In this document: in pieces, positions 13,756 through 30,359 of the stretch
Numbering within the stretch: the first letter of the stretch is position 1
Layout of the letters: every line of letters begins with the position of its first letter
DNA from: the human T2T-CHM13v2.0 reference genome, Homo sapiens
Assembly (NCBI RefSeq): GCF_009914755.1
Contig: NC_060925.1
Length of the DNA stretch: 64,000 nucleotides
Direction: 5' to 3' (one strand)
Made by a program: the position numbers and the translations under genes
Notes under the pieces: model-generated
The model's input: the letters and a program-made list of their open reading frames with translations, nothing else
Told to the model about the DNA's origin: nothing
Database searches by the model: none

Positions 13756-14463
13756 ACAAGGACCTCTTTATCAACTTGACCTATATTTGAAAACCTATAT
13801 TAAATTCTATTTCTATAAGACCTTCCCAGCCAGGCCTGAAGAGATACCCTTCTCCAGAGGCTCTGCAGCAGCTACTGCCCAAACTATTCACTTAGAATCT
13901 ATTGTGTACTGTCTAGTGAAATCTCTTCAGTATTGTCTTGACTTGCACTATCATTTAGTTTTTCACAAATTTGTCTTACTTTTCCTTTATTAAATTCATT
14001 GAGGACAGGGACTAGTTCGAACTTCATGTTATCTGCAATATTTTATACATGATATGTAATCAATATTTATTGATTTGACTTAAATTTAATATGAAGATTT
14101 CATATCTAAAGATGTTTCATTATCTATCATTCAAAGTATTTTTCCTAAAACTTTCCTAAATATGCTCTAATGTTGCCTGAGTTTTATTCTCATATATTAT
14201 CGACATCTGCTGGGAACATACTATGTACAATGCATTTTCATAAATATATATTTTGTCCTTCCATTATATTGTAAATACATTCAGGCTAGGTCTACGTCTT
14301 CTAGTTTGTAGTCTGAGAGTACTCTGAGAGTACATCATAGAGTAGCTATTCTATAAATTGAGAAAATGGTCAATTGAAATTTCATCTAAGGGGTCAAGAT
14401 ATGGTTGCTGTCAGGTACCAAAGTGAATTATGAAAGAAATAAAAACACAAGATGTTAAAGTAA

Positions 14464-14871
<408 letters not shown>

Positions 14872-17177
14872 TGAAGGAGTGGGTCTATAAGGAGATTTCG
14901 TTGGAGAGGCTTGCTGCTGTGTTGTGAGTTGAACCTTACTCATCAAATTGAGGGCTGGATGCCACATTCTAAACCAGAGTGACCATAGCTTCCAGGAGTG
15001 CTCCAGTGTCATCTAAAGTTGGTGGAAGGGAAGGAACAGGAAACTTAGACTAGATTCTCCACCTGCCTGAGGAATCCAAAGATGAAAAAGCGTGATGACT
15101 CTTAACCCGAGGTGTCAGGAAAGAGAGAGAAAGAATTGCTGCTGTGCTGTGTTGGAAAGTAAATGTGCTCCCCTCCTACTGCAGGTTAAGGGTACGTGAA
15201 TCCTGTGGTCTAGATGGGGAACCCATGGTAGGAGCATTAGTAGGCAGTTTGTGTAAAAATAGTTCTTCCCAATAGGCCTCTGTTGGAAGGTCAAAGAATC
15301 CCACTAAAAGAGTTGATAAAGAAGGAAGAAGGAGTAAACGTCAGTAAACCAATAGCAAAGGGGTTGAGGAAGGAGCAAATATGAGCCGCCAGTAAAAAGA
15401 GAGGCAACGTCTGCCTGCCTTCACAGTTCTCTAGAGTGAGTCTCAGCTGCAGGAATAGAGTGGGCTCCAAGGAAGTCATAAGTGTCCCTTATAACAAATA
15501 CCAACTTTAAACACCTCCCAGTCTCAGAAATCATGGAGCCATATTGTATCAGTCAAGTGAATAATTTCTGTGCCCCCTTCCCCCTTTTTTTGCCACCAAG
15601 TTCAGTCTTCTAGGGGACAAAACACATAAATCTGAAGATGGAGACAATGGAAGGATAGAAAGAGGGAAGAAGGCTTCCAAATCTTCCTTCAAGACAGCCT
15701 GAAGTTAGCCTAGCAGACAAAGACGATTTTATTCTAAATTGCATTGAAATTTTTGATCATTATATGTGACTGACCATTCTTATTGCTTTGTTTTTTTTTT
15801 TAAGAGATCGTGACACTACTATCTAATAGTGAGCCGAAAAGTCCTGGGGTCTGCTGAAGACTTATCTAGAGGCAATGAAACCCTTCCCCAGTTAAATATG
15901 TTTCAAGATAGGGTAGGAGAAAAAATCGTGTTTTGCTTTTGTTATGCCATATCAGTTGTTCAATAGTTTTACCCTCAATCAAATACTTGTTATTAATTTT
16001 TTTGTTCTTAAAATCCTTTGAAAATCAAGTTTAAGTAAAATATCTTCTAATACAAAAGTTTCAACTTTTCATATTCAGTTATATTAAACTTGTATTGGAA
16101 CACCCCTTTAGAATATACTGTAGTTTACCTGTAATTCCTGTGTCAGTTTTCTGTGCTTCCCAGGATAATTGTATAACAAATAGATTACTTCCATTCAGTT
16201 CTATTCTTTCTATCCATCAAACATTTAATCATTCATACCCTTAGCACTGTACAGGTGCTGTGGGCGTCTCTAAGAAAGATTATAATATGTCCACGGTTTT
16301 CACAGAGCTTGAAATATTTTTGAATTGACAAAGCTTGTATGAAAGTAATCCCAGTACAGTAAAATATAAGTACAGTAGAGTCCAATCAAGTGCCTAGACG
16401 TGTAGATCATAAATGGCAGTACATCGTCAGATTAACATTTCATACGTTTGTCTAAAAGTTTACACAAAAAGATCACTTTGGTTTTGGATCAGATTAAATG
16501 CATTATATAAATATTTAATCACTTTAGGAAGGTCATGATGAATTCATTCATTCCAAAATTAATTACTAAATGGTGAATACAAGCCAGGTACTATGCTATG
16601 TTTTAGACATATATTGGTGAATAAAACAGGCATTTTCCTTCCTTCATGGAAAGCACAACTTGATGAGATTCTAGACTAATATGCTGTCCAAGTAAATTTC
16701 TCATATAAAATTACGCAATTTACAGGACACTACACATGCCCACACTTTCTAAATAGTCTATCTCAATGACTACAGTACTATTTGAATTTTGTCATTAGAG
16801 GGTAATTCTTTCCTACTACTTTTTAGTATTGGCCAAAACTTATTGAGAACTTGTTATATACCAAACAATGTTATGAATATTTACATGTCTTAACTGGTTT
16901 AATCTTTAAAAGAGCCTCGTGATGTAAATACTATTATTAATCCCATTCATAGATGAGGAAACAAATATAGAAAGTATATGTGACCTGCTCACAATCAAGC
17001 AGCATAGCTGGGGTTCTGATCCAACATTATCAATATAGGAATCTTTGGTTTAAATTTTTAAAAACACACATTTGGGCATAGAGTTAAATGGAAAAATAAG
17101 ACATGCATATTAATAACAAACAATAAATGAGAATACACTAAATTATTAATTAAAAAACTGTGTGTCAGATTGGATTC

Positions 17178-17475
17178 TTTTTTTTTTTTTTTGAGACAAG
17201 AGTCTCGCTTTGTTGCCCAGGCTGGAGAGCAGTGGCATGATCTTGGCTCACTGCAATCTTCACCTCCTGAGTTCAAGAGATTGTCCTGCCTCAGCCTTCA
17301 GAGTAGCTGGGATTACAGGCATGCGCCACCATGCTTGGCCAGTTTTTGTATTTTTAGTAAAGATAGGATTTCACCATGTTGGCCAGGCTGATCTGAAACT
17401 CCTGGCCTTAAGCAATCCACCCAGCTAGGCCCCCTAAAGTGCTGGGATTACAGTTGTGAGCTACCGAGCATGGCC
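17178..17475 (-). mobile_element. Alu (older AluS-type)
   Basis: Antisense Alu dimer with poly-T. Confidence 0.9.
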
Positions 17476-17505
17476 AGGTTGGATTTTTAAAACCTAGTTA
17501 ATTTA

Positions 17506-17874
<369 letters not shown>

Positions 17875-18777
17875 TCACTCTTTCTACACCTCAATTTACT
17901 CTGTGAAAGAGAACTAAGAATATCTGCTTTGAAAACCTCAGAAAATTGTAGTGAGCACAAATATAATAATTTGAATGAAGATGTTGGGGAAACCATAAAG
18001 TCCTACGCATATGTCTGTTCTTATTGTTACTCTTTGTTCATTTGAATCTCCCTGGAAAAGCAACAGCCACGCTTATTAAAAGGTGTTATACGTATTCATA
18101 TTACTTTTTTTAAATGAATTCTAATAATTCCCTAATTAGATATATTTTTTGACTTGGAAACAGAAAAAAAAAGTAGAAAGTGAAGTTAAAATAATAAACA
18201 GGAAAGGAGCTTGTTATGGTATAGACATCATGTTTTACACTGGCATTGCAGGGAAGGAGGAAATGGGGCCTTCCATTCACCTTAGAAGTCCTTCATGGTG
18301 AGAGTTGTTTGGACTATTTATATTTCTGGCAAACTTTTAGGAATTATGGGGAAGTATAAACAAGATATAAGGCAAAATCACTGTTTCCAAGTAGAATAGA
18401 GTGAAATCTGCAGCCAGGGACAGAATATACAATGTCTGAGAAAAAAGTCTCGAAATAAATAAATTGTATCTTACATCAGTGCCAAGAGCGATCTTTTTTC
18501 TTGTTTTTGTTTGTATGATATTCAGTGCTGCATGTATATCTGACAGTGATAGTTGGAATCAATCACAGTATTTGGCAAATTATTCCTAGAGGAAGAATAC
18601 AAAGCCTGCCATGACTGCATCTTTTTTCTTCATGACACAGGTGGAATATAGAATTGATTTTACTTTTCCTTATTAAGTGTTTACATTTTACTCCATTACA
18701 GTCCTAAACCTGAGCTATTCATGCACTTCTGCAAGATTATACAAGTAAATTACGTGAAACTTCTATTTTTGATGTGA

Positions 18778-19908
<1,131 letters not shown>

Positions 19909-22900
19909 TGAGAAAGAAAAGAAGAGGGCAGTGATGTGCGTTAATTAATTTTGAGTGGATTCATAGGACATCAGTTTCACTCATACAGAGAAGTAAAAAA
20001 AATAAGCAGATAGCTCTTTTCCAAAGAGGTTTTCATCTTTGTGTTTGCAAAATGCTACTGCAATTTTACCATTGGTCACATATCAGAAATTTATTGTAAA
20101 TCTTATTTGAAAGAGAAATAATCTTTTGAAAAAAAAAAACCTTAGACATAAAATTTGTCAGTGCCACATACTAGCATGATATCTTGTGCATAGTAAATTC
20201 TCGGTAAATATTCATTTCCTTGCTCTCCTTTCCATGCAATTCACACTTGCTCCACAATCATAATTAAGCATAGCGTTTTTATAAAACGCCAATTTTATTC
20301 AAAGGTATCTTTTCCAAGGTTGCCCTGGAGAAGACAGATAATATACTAGGTGTCTTAAGAAAAAAAAAAAAGAAAAAAAAATGTGGAAAGTAACAATAGT
20401 AGAACTTGGTAGATGCCATAAACTAATTGATCTAATTTCTCTAGTAAACCACAGTTTGCAAAGTATTTCAAAATCCTTAACTTCCAACATTGTTCTAGAG
20501 ATTGCTGTTGATAGTGATCAATATATACCTGTTTCTTTTTATTATTATTATCATACATTGAAAAAGTCTGAGAGGTAATTGTAACGGACTGCTTTGAAGT
20601 TCAGCTGTAATTTACCCCAAGATTTTAGAGTAACTTGAAGTAGGACAACATCTGGTAAGTAGTCTTCTCTGCTTTATATGAAGTAAAATTAAAACCAGTC
20701 TTAGCCTATACTCTATTCCATGTTCAAATGTCTAAGAATTATTAGAAACTACTCAAGGGTTTCCCCCGACCACAATATTCATTACAAATCACGGACCTGT
20801 TTGACAATGAAGTATGGTATCTACTAGCTCTACGTAATATTTTAAGTAGAATGGCAAGTTGTTTTGTGATTTTTTTTTAAGGAGAAAAAGGGAAATTATG
20901 CTGAGGCAATGTTCACTTTTTGAAGAAAAATTTAATTGACCTAAGGCAATATTTTTACTACATATACAAAATAACAAACAGATGCTGACTCATTTTGACT
21001 GGCTTCCAGATGCAGTGACCCATGAGGTTAATACTGACCATGGTGATGTTAACTGTCCTAGTAAATAGATTCAAGAGATGCCAATCCACTGGGTTCTGGT
21101 TTTCTTTATTTTATCCAACTTGGAAAACCATGAACTTTTCAAACCAAGTTCCTGAATTGGTTACCCTTCCCCCACTTCTCCCAGTTTCCTTATACTCCAA
21201 CATTATTTGAAACTGCTTAACCCTCAAGAAAATATTTGACTTCAAAAGATCACTTTACAGACAGAGAGAGTTCTGTGAAATCTTTTCTTTCTGAAAATTC
21301 TTGGTATAAATTTAAGGAAAATTATATTTTTCATATCACCTCTTCATTATAAAATTAAAATATTCTGTATTTTCTGTTATCTTGAAGGAATGTTTCCTGG
21401 AGAGTTTATTCCCACTAAAAACTGCTTTTAAGTGGTAATGAGAACATGGAGTCTTTCTGCTACTGTACATATACGTGCAAGAGGGAGGAGACATACTAAA
21501 AAGCACAAAGGCAAACTTCAGCCCATTCATGACTTGCACTCATATTTGGCTCAATGTTTTCCAACCATGGTATACATTTTAATGAACAAGGAGACTGGAT
21601 AGAGGATTTTGGTGGCTGACTAAACACAAAAGACATAGTGATTTCCAATGTATCAAGGTTGATCTTTTTTAAATAATCTAATTTCTCAACAGAAAGAGTG
21701 CTGAAAAGGATTTAACTAAGCTTAGGTCACAGAAGTGTCCATAAGGTTCTCTCAGCATATCTTGTGTTGACTGTTTGTAAGAACATGCAGCATTCAAGAT
21801 ACTACTACTCAGAATAAATGGCATCACCTACCTCTTGCTCTCTGGTGAACATTTGACTTACAAAAGCAATTTACATATCTCTTCTTTTCAGCCATATACC
21901 TAGATTTTGAGAATTTTATTCTCTTAGAATTATAGTTTCCTAGATATAGAAAAAGATTCATTCTATGACTGAATTTTTAACACAATTGTACCTGCCAAAT
22001 GTAGTGGCTCAAATCTCTGCTCAAACACCTTCACAAATAGAGAGATCACTCACTCCATCTTGCCAAAAATTGCCCAAAAGTTATTTCCTTATATTGAAAT
22101 AGAATAGGATTTGCCCGTAGCTTTCCTTCATTGACCTTGTTGCATTTCTGGAACACATGCAAATAAAAATCTCAACTTGCCTGCTGCTTGAGAATACTTA
22201 ATATCTGAAGAAAAGTATCTCGAGCCATCTAAACCATCACTTCTATTCAGGCTAAACATCCTGTTTCTTCTAATGTTTGCCATATGACATAGTTTTCCGA
22301 CACTTCATCAGCTGCTTGCAGGTTTTGGAATATATTTGCTTCTTTGTATTCCTTCTAAGATGTGATGTCTGTATGTGCTGGATGATACAGTGACACACAG
22401 GGCCATAACCTCCCTTATTCTAGATAATGTGCTTCTGTTTTTCAGCTTAATACAACATTGACTTTTTGGCAGCCACACTTCGTGATTGCGTCACTTTGTA
22501 TCATTGTCACTCATGATGCCACATAGTCCTGTTTCTCCCACTCTAATCTTATAAACGCACATTTAGATCGAAGTGGCTCTTATTTATTCTTGTTAAATTT
22601 CATCTTGTTGTATTCCATCAATCATTAAAGCTTGCCAAAATTGTTTTTTATCTGTATGTGTTGTTCCTCTTCATGACATGTCAACCACTTGTATGAGTAT
22701 CACCCTTCCAAATCCACAGCCAAGTCATATGTCTTCAGGTGTTTCTAAAGTCATGTAGCAAATCACACATGCTGACTAGTTGCTTGTGATTTCTGAGAAA
22801 TAGGATTGCTGAAGAATCAGGCTTCTGAGAAAAAAAAATACTCTGCATTTTGGCTTTTAATCCAGATCCACAAAGTGATGCTGAAGGCATCCTGGGATGA

Positions 22901-23379
22901 CCAGCAGGCACCCCGCTACCCCTGAGGTTGAGTGATTCTGGGCATATCTTCAAACCTCAGGGGCTTCAAGGGCCAAATTTTCTTATTAAGCATTTTATCT
23001 CATATGAAAGTGCTGCAGTGTATTCAGAGATGTTAACCTCTTCAAAGGGGTTATTTTATCTAACAGTACACTTTTGAAAGCTACCGGTAGTTGCCTGGAG
23101 CAGGTGGTCTCCAAATGCAGATTCAAAATGCAATGTTCCTGTATTAAATCAAGTCAGAGTTCTGAAAATATAGCCTTTTATGCAGAAGATCTTCAAACAC
23201 AGTTGATTGTCTAAGCAAGTTTTACTATAGTTAAGCTAAACTAAAATGTGTCTTACCTTTGCCCAAACTTCAGCTGGGCCATATGATGACATTTAGACAT
23301 GCTGAAATATGCTCTTTTTTTCTGGTTAGTACTGGGATATAAAATCTTGAAGACAGCAATATCTTGAAGACAGTGATCT

Positions 23380-24370
23380 TGTCAAGTTATCAATGCTTTC
23401 TAGACTGCAAAATCAATGGTCAATTCTGTCCCCATCTTACTTGATTTCTCAATACCAGTTAACACAATTAAACACTCCCTCCTCCTGAAAAACTATTTTC
23501 TCACTAGGCTTATGGGACACCACACTCCCTTGGTTCTCCTCTTATCTTACTGGCTACTCTTGCATCATTTCCTTTACCTCTACTTGTCTAATGCCCAAGG
23601 ACTTACTTCTTGGACCTCTCATTTTCTCTATATATACTCATTCTCTTGGTGATCTCATCCAGTCTTGTGGCTCTAAATATCTAATATGGTTTGGATGTAT
23701 GCCCCCTCCAAATCTCATGTTGAAATGTGATTCCCAATGTTGAAGGTGGGGCCGATGGAAGGTGGTATATACTAACAAATCCCACATTATCAGAACATCC
23801 TGCCTGAACCTCTATATCAACTGCCCACTAGTCACTTCTGCTTGGATATCCAAAAAGGCATCTCAAATTTAATATGGACTCCCACCTCACCCAAAAATCT
23901 TTTCCTCCAGTTTTCTTCCGTATCTCTGCAAATAGAAAGTCCATGCTTCCAGTTGCTTAGGCCCAAAGCCTTAGAGATGAACTTGCTCCAGAAAATTCTG
24001 TTGTATCTACCTTCAAAATATTTTGAAAATCTGACCACTTTTGACCACTTTCACATTACCACTGATCCAAGCCATTATCATTTCTCTCTTGAGTTGCTAC
24101 AATAATGTAGTATAACTTTGGGCTTTTGCTCAGATATCACTTTCTCAGAGTTCCTCCCTGATTGTTCTATTTAAAATTACAATTCCACCCCTCCAAATCG
24201 CCCTATTCCCTTTCTCTACCTGACATTTTATACTAAAGGATTTCTCACCATCTGACATATTATATAGTTTGCTTCCTTGTCTGTGTCTGGTGTCTTTCCT
24301 CCAACTAGAATGTAAGCTTGATGAGGATGGGAAGTTTTCTTCCTACCATGTCACCCATATTTTACAATGT
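23380..24370 (+). mobile_element. L2 fragment interrupted by a short MST/THE1-type LTR piece (~23680-23765)
   Basis: L2-like pyrimidine-rich motifs (cttacttgatttctcaataccagttaacacaattaaacactccctcctcctgaaaa; actagaatgtaagcttgatgagg); LTR start atggtttggatgtatgccccctccaaatctcatgttgaaatgtgattccc. Confidence 0.65.
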
Positions 24371-24642
24371 CAGTTTTTATTTTTATACATCTCAAGAGTT
24401 TTCTTGAGGTGATGCACATCAATAGCATTGCCACAGATGAGCATCACTAACTCCTCTGACCACAGGAAATGCAGGGTGGGTTTAATACTCAGCTTTGCCC
24501 CAAGTTCTCTGTTTCCTGTGCCTTTCCTACTCCCAACCAGGACCACAGAAGGAAGGGTCCTTCTTTTTCCTTGTTCAACTGCCTTGCTTCTTATGTGAGA
24601 TGTCATCCCAAGAGAAGATTTAATCATCTAATTCTTGATTTC

Positions 24643-24769
24643 TGTTGTCCCAATTTATGTTATTTACAGACTAAAAACCTGAAGTTTAGAAAGGTTATGT
24701 AACTAGCCTAAATCACATGTTAATAGCAGACCTGGGACAAATACATTCCAGGCTCTAAAAAATTTCTTT
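24643..24769. repeat. Direct repeat copy 1 (127 bp, MIR-derived), upstream of exon 7
   Basis: Ungapped 111/127 match to 26585-26711. Confidence 0.9.
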
Positions 24770-25217
24770 ACAAAGAATAATTAGGTTTAATGACATGTTT
24801 GCTTCAGCATGCCTCTAAGTAGCAAAGATTATGACTCCCTGCACAGTCCACTTGCAGAGGGTTGCATGAAGTGCCCTTGTCCAAAAATTTCTTCCACCAG
24901 GTTGGAGTATAGTAGTGTCTGATATACCACCATTAAGGCCCATATTTTAGGGCAGCAAAGGGGAGATTCTTTAGTTTATCAGTGCAGAGATCTTTTTGGT
25001 CTGTTTTGTGATCAATATGCCTGAAGTGTAAACTACAAACCAAAATATAGTTATTTTAGGGTTAAAGTAAACTCAGAAGTCCAGAAAGAGGCCAAATCAT
25101 TATTCTATTTAATAAACCTGTCCTGAACTTTAAAAGCTATGTATGAGTGTGTATGCTTGTGTGCATGTGTGTGTGTGAAATGTATAATTTTCGTCTTCCA
25201 TCCCTTCTGTCTTTTGA

Positions 25218-25838
<621 letters not shown>

Positions 25839-26584
25839 TAGGTATATACTGTATGCTAAACTTTTACTTTATTAAAAAGATAACTTATTAAAACCATTCT
25901 TTGTATATAAAGATGATGTTACTGACCCACCAGTATAGAATAATATTTCATCTATATTGTTCCAACAAGACTGTGAAATTTACATTGAGCCATAGAAATG
26001 AGGCCTTGATCTTACTGGTATCAGGATCTATTTAACTAACCAAAGTAACTTCGGCTATAGGCTTCTCTCACCCTCACAGCAATCAAATTACTTAGGTATA
26101 ATAATATTTCAATTCCTAAACTCCTAATGGCACACCAGAGGTTTAACTGAATTAACTCTTTTTGGATGATATTGTTAACTTTATTTTAAATGCCCAACTA
26201 CTATTGTTTTGAACTTTTATTAAGTCAGAAACAACAAGAGAAATCTGAGAGGTAATTTCCTTCTGGTAGTTGAAATCTTCCGAAATATAATTTCTCAAAG
26301 CCCAAGCTTTACTTTAAATATTCTATGTGCTCTTCTAAGAGCTGCTTAAATACAAGAACTTGTCAGCTCTGCATGACCTTTCAAAGGAAAAAAAGGAAAC
26401 GCATTTCTGTGTGTTGAGCGTTTGTTGAGCTCCAACTATGGCCCTACACTAAGCTTGGTTCTAAATATACACAAATGAATTATTGTAACATAGTTATGGA
26501 ACATTTTCAATGTACTAGGCACTATTTTACATGGATTAATCCACTTAGTTCTATTGAAGGACTACTGTGGAAAGCAAGCATTAT

Positions 26585-26711
26585 TGTTGTCCCAATTTAC
26601 ATTATTTACAGATGAAGTAACTGAAGTTTAGAAAGGTTATGTAACTAGCCTAAATCATATGTTAATAGTAGACCCAGGACAAACACAGTTCATGCTCTAA
26701 TAAATTTCTTT
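26585..26711. repeat. Direct repeat copy 2 (127 bp, MIR-derived), downstream of exon 7
   Basis: Ungapped 111/127 match to 24643-24769, with a 37-bp identical core. Confidence 0.9.
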
Positions 26712-26789
26712 TTAAATACTTTCATTTTGAATACTTTTTGTGAGCAACCTTGTGAGAACTCAAATAATAATACTATGTCTCTGATTCAG

Positions 26790-26924
26790 AGGCAGACCAA
26801 TGTGGGAAGGGCACTCACTGAGTTGGGATCCAGAGGACCTAAGTACCAAGTTTCACTGTTTCGCTTCTGTGTAGGATCTTGGGCAACTGGAAACACCTTC
26901 TTTTTATCATCTATAAAACCAGGA
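26790..26924 (+). CDS. CRB1: Putative in-frame cassette exon in intron 7 (135 bp, 45 aa RQTNVGRALTELGSRGPKYQVSLFRFCVGSWATGNTFFLSSIKPG), MIR-derived
   Basis: Acceptor tctctgattcag|AGG, donor GGA|gtaaga. Phase 0/0 matches exons 7 and 8, and there is no stop codon. Sequence resembles the MIR core. Confidence 0.6.
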
Positions 26925-27180
26925 GTAAGAATCCCTTCCTCAAATGATAATTAGTGCATGTGAAAAAGTGCCTGGTAATTTGTAAATTACAGAGGACACT
27001 GCTATACTTGAAAAACCCTCCTTGTGCTATGGATCAATTTTATATCTTTTCTCTCTCTCTGCCACCACTCTGCCCTTTTAGAAAGGAGTTGGTAATGGCA
27101 GTAGTCATTTTTATTCTATTTAGTTAACAATGGATCTTAAAAGTTTAAAATGTAAAGATGCAGGGAAATTAGCATTTTAA

Positions 27181-27435
<255 letters not shown>

Positions 27436-28734
27436 TAGAGTTCAAACCTACCATCTCACCAGTTAAGTTGCGACATTTGAGTTGTTCCAAGAGCAAACAC
27501 AGAAAAAGAGTATAGACAAAGCCAGTTTATTAAATTAATCTATGGTTGTTTCCCCTATGCGAGTAGGCTAATACTGACTGGCCTCTTGCCTCATCCTGCC
27601 CTTGGTGGCTGTCTGGATAGGAAATGGAGGTCACAGCAACACTAAACCTAGATGCTTAATCATTTAAAACTGATTTCCTGAAAAAGAATTAACAAGGCAA
27701 TATTTGAATTTCCTTCCCTCATTACTGGGAACACAGAATAAATATGTGCATGTTACGCATTGCCATTTATTAACTATGAGGCCTCAGGCAATTCATGTGA
27801 TCTCCATCATCTAAAGCTTCCTCACCTGTAAAATAGGGAGAACACTTTCTACTTCTTTGGTTTCTTTGTGATGATTCTATGACCTTATCTGTAAATAATC
27901 AAACATGTTAGGCACTCAATTAATGATATCTATGAGAATTTCCCTCACTGTGAAAGGTTTTCCTGTCCATCTTCTGTACTACAAAAAACAATTTTCCAAA
28001 TGTTAGCAATTTGAATACTATACAGTATTCACAATTTTGACATATCCACCCACTAACTATACTGTTATTTATATTCTGTCTTCTCACCTACTTCAAATAA
28101 TTCACAGTCCAGTTAATAGCCAACCCTCTAAGTTTGCACTGAATTCTAATTTCTTCCCCTTATTCAAAGATTGTGCTCCTAAAACTTTTCTCTCACACAC
28201 CAGTATCAATTTTTCCATCATTACAAAAAATTTCTTTTGACACTTCCTCACTCCTATTCCTACCAGTTACCATCCCATTTCTCTGCCTTAAAGAATAGGG
28301 AGTAAAAAACCCTTTAATGTGTTGTCCGCAATATGCTTCTGATATTCTCACTCCATTCTCTCTTTTGCTCCATACAGTCAGGCCCACACACCACCACCTC
28401 CCTCCTGAACTCTCTTAACCCAGAGATTCACAGGTCACCTTTGTCACTTCATTCAGGTTTCTACACAAACATCCTCCAACTTGGCTTTATTTTTATTTTT
28501 ATCTCTTATTGTTCCTTGATATTTTGTTACATATGCATTGATATATTTGTCTATCATCTCTTTCATCATGAGAATATAAGCTTCACAAGGCAAGAAACTT
28601 TTCTATGTGGTTTCTTGCTCATAAATATTTGTAAAATAAATAAATTGATATTATTTTCTTCAAATTTACTTAATATTTTCACTTAACTGCTGTGGACATT
28701 AAGTACATTATCAGCTTACTATAAAAAAAATACA

Positions 28735-28915
28735 TGCTGGATGCAGTGACTGACACCTATAATCCCAGCACTTTAGGAGGCAGAAGTGGGAGGACTGCTT
28801 GAGCCCAAGAATTTGAGTCTGCAGTAAGCTAGGATCACACCACTGCACTATAGCCTGTGCAACAAAACAAGACCCTGTCTCAAAAAAAAATAAAAATAAA
28901 AATAAAAATAAAAAT
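28735..28915 (+). mobile_element. Monomeric Alu (FRAM/FAM-like) with (TAAAAA)n tail
   Basis: Single Alu monomer followed by an A-rich repeat. Confidence 0.8.
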
Positions 28916-30171
28916 ACTGCACTAAAATAATGGAATGGAACTAGAGGATAGTTTGGCTTAAGGTCAGTAGCAATGACATACTATCTAGACTGGGCCCCGA
29001 AGTAACTGAGAAAAAGAGAAAAATGAATTTACTTTTATGTTTCTGTACTTCAAAATCATATTATTTAAAAGACCTGTATGAAATACATTACACTGTATAT
29101 ACACTTGGGGAAGTTCTCTAGAAAAACGTATATACTTTTATGTTTCATACTTAAGAAATAGGTACCACACATGTATAGAAAACATGATGCGTTGGCATAA
29201 ATAAGGTAAATTGGTTTTTAATGGGGCACTAAATTTTAAATGATACTTTTTCATTCTACTTCTTTAATTATTCTAAAATAATTTCTTAATTATTAATTTT
29301 ACTGTTGATCTTTTGATAGAAATACTAAAGTTGTTAGTCTCAGCTATGTTCTACCTGGTGTCCGAATTGTTTTGAATATTTTCACAGGAAAAATGAATAG
29401 GATTTCTAAAAACAGTGGCAGCCCCAAAACAGTATGCACACTGCTCTGCAATCTACACATCAAACAGTTTAGGAGCTGGACAAACATGTGTCAGAAGGAA
29501 GTGAAGTGAACTTTTACTGCTACAACATTGCCAATAGCAAAAGACTAGTAAGTCCAGCTCTGACACCCCCAGAAAGTCCCAGTAGCATTTTTTAAGTATA
29601 GCTTATCTTAGTGTAGAGAGAAAACGTAAATAAATAGGTGTACAATAGGAATTATAAATCAATTTTCTAATTGACAGGTATGAACCCAGAATTCACTTTT
29701 ACTACTCTCATAATTTTAATTTTATGTAATCTTATGACTCTATTATATTTTCTTTCCAACTAAAATATATTGAAAAGATTAAGTCTAATGGAACAAGATA
29801 CTCTTGAGAGTACAGCTGATAAATTGCTCTGAGTTTGCCTTTAGGACTTTAATCATCTCTGTATCATACCAAGATTTAAACATTTACAACTCACCTTAAA
29901 TACAGGTGTGCTTATTATGGTAAAGTTCCCCAAAGAAAAGGTGAAGTACAAAAGTGATTAGGTATATCGTGGTTTTTACCCAGATCAGAAGACATGATTT
30001 CAGTGTGCTCAGCAGAGTTAGTAAATATATTTATATAGCATTATAGACCATAGTCTTCATTTCAGAGTTGGAGAATTTTGGAGATTTTTTATTTTAACAT
30101 TTACTTAAAAACATGTAATGAAACACTTGTTGCTCTTTTTTTCCCTAAATTCCCAACTCCAAACCTGGTTG

Positions 30172-30173
<2 letters not shown>

Positions 30174-30212
<39 letters not shown>
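30174..30212. repeat. (CA)n microsatellite
   Basis: About 19 perfect AC units. Confidence 0.95.
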
Positions 30213-30215
<3 letters not shown>

Positions 30216-30359
30216 TAAAAAACAATAAGATCAAAGGAATTGATTTATTTAATTAAGTCAAATAATACACTTGAATGATACACTGAAATTTTCTCCTGCT
30301 GTGGTTTCTAATCATTATCTCACTTTTCAGGATACAGGATGGAGTTATTTTCATAGAGT

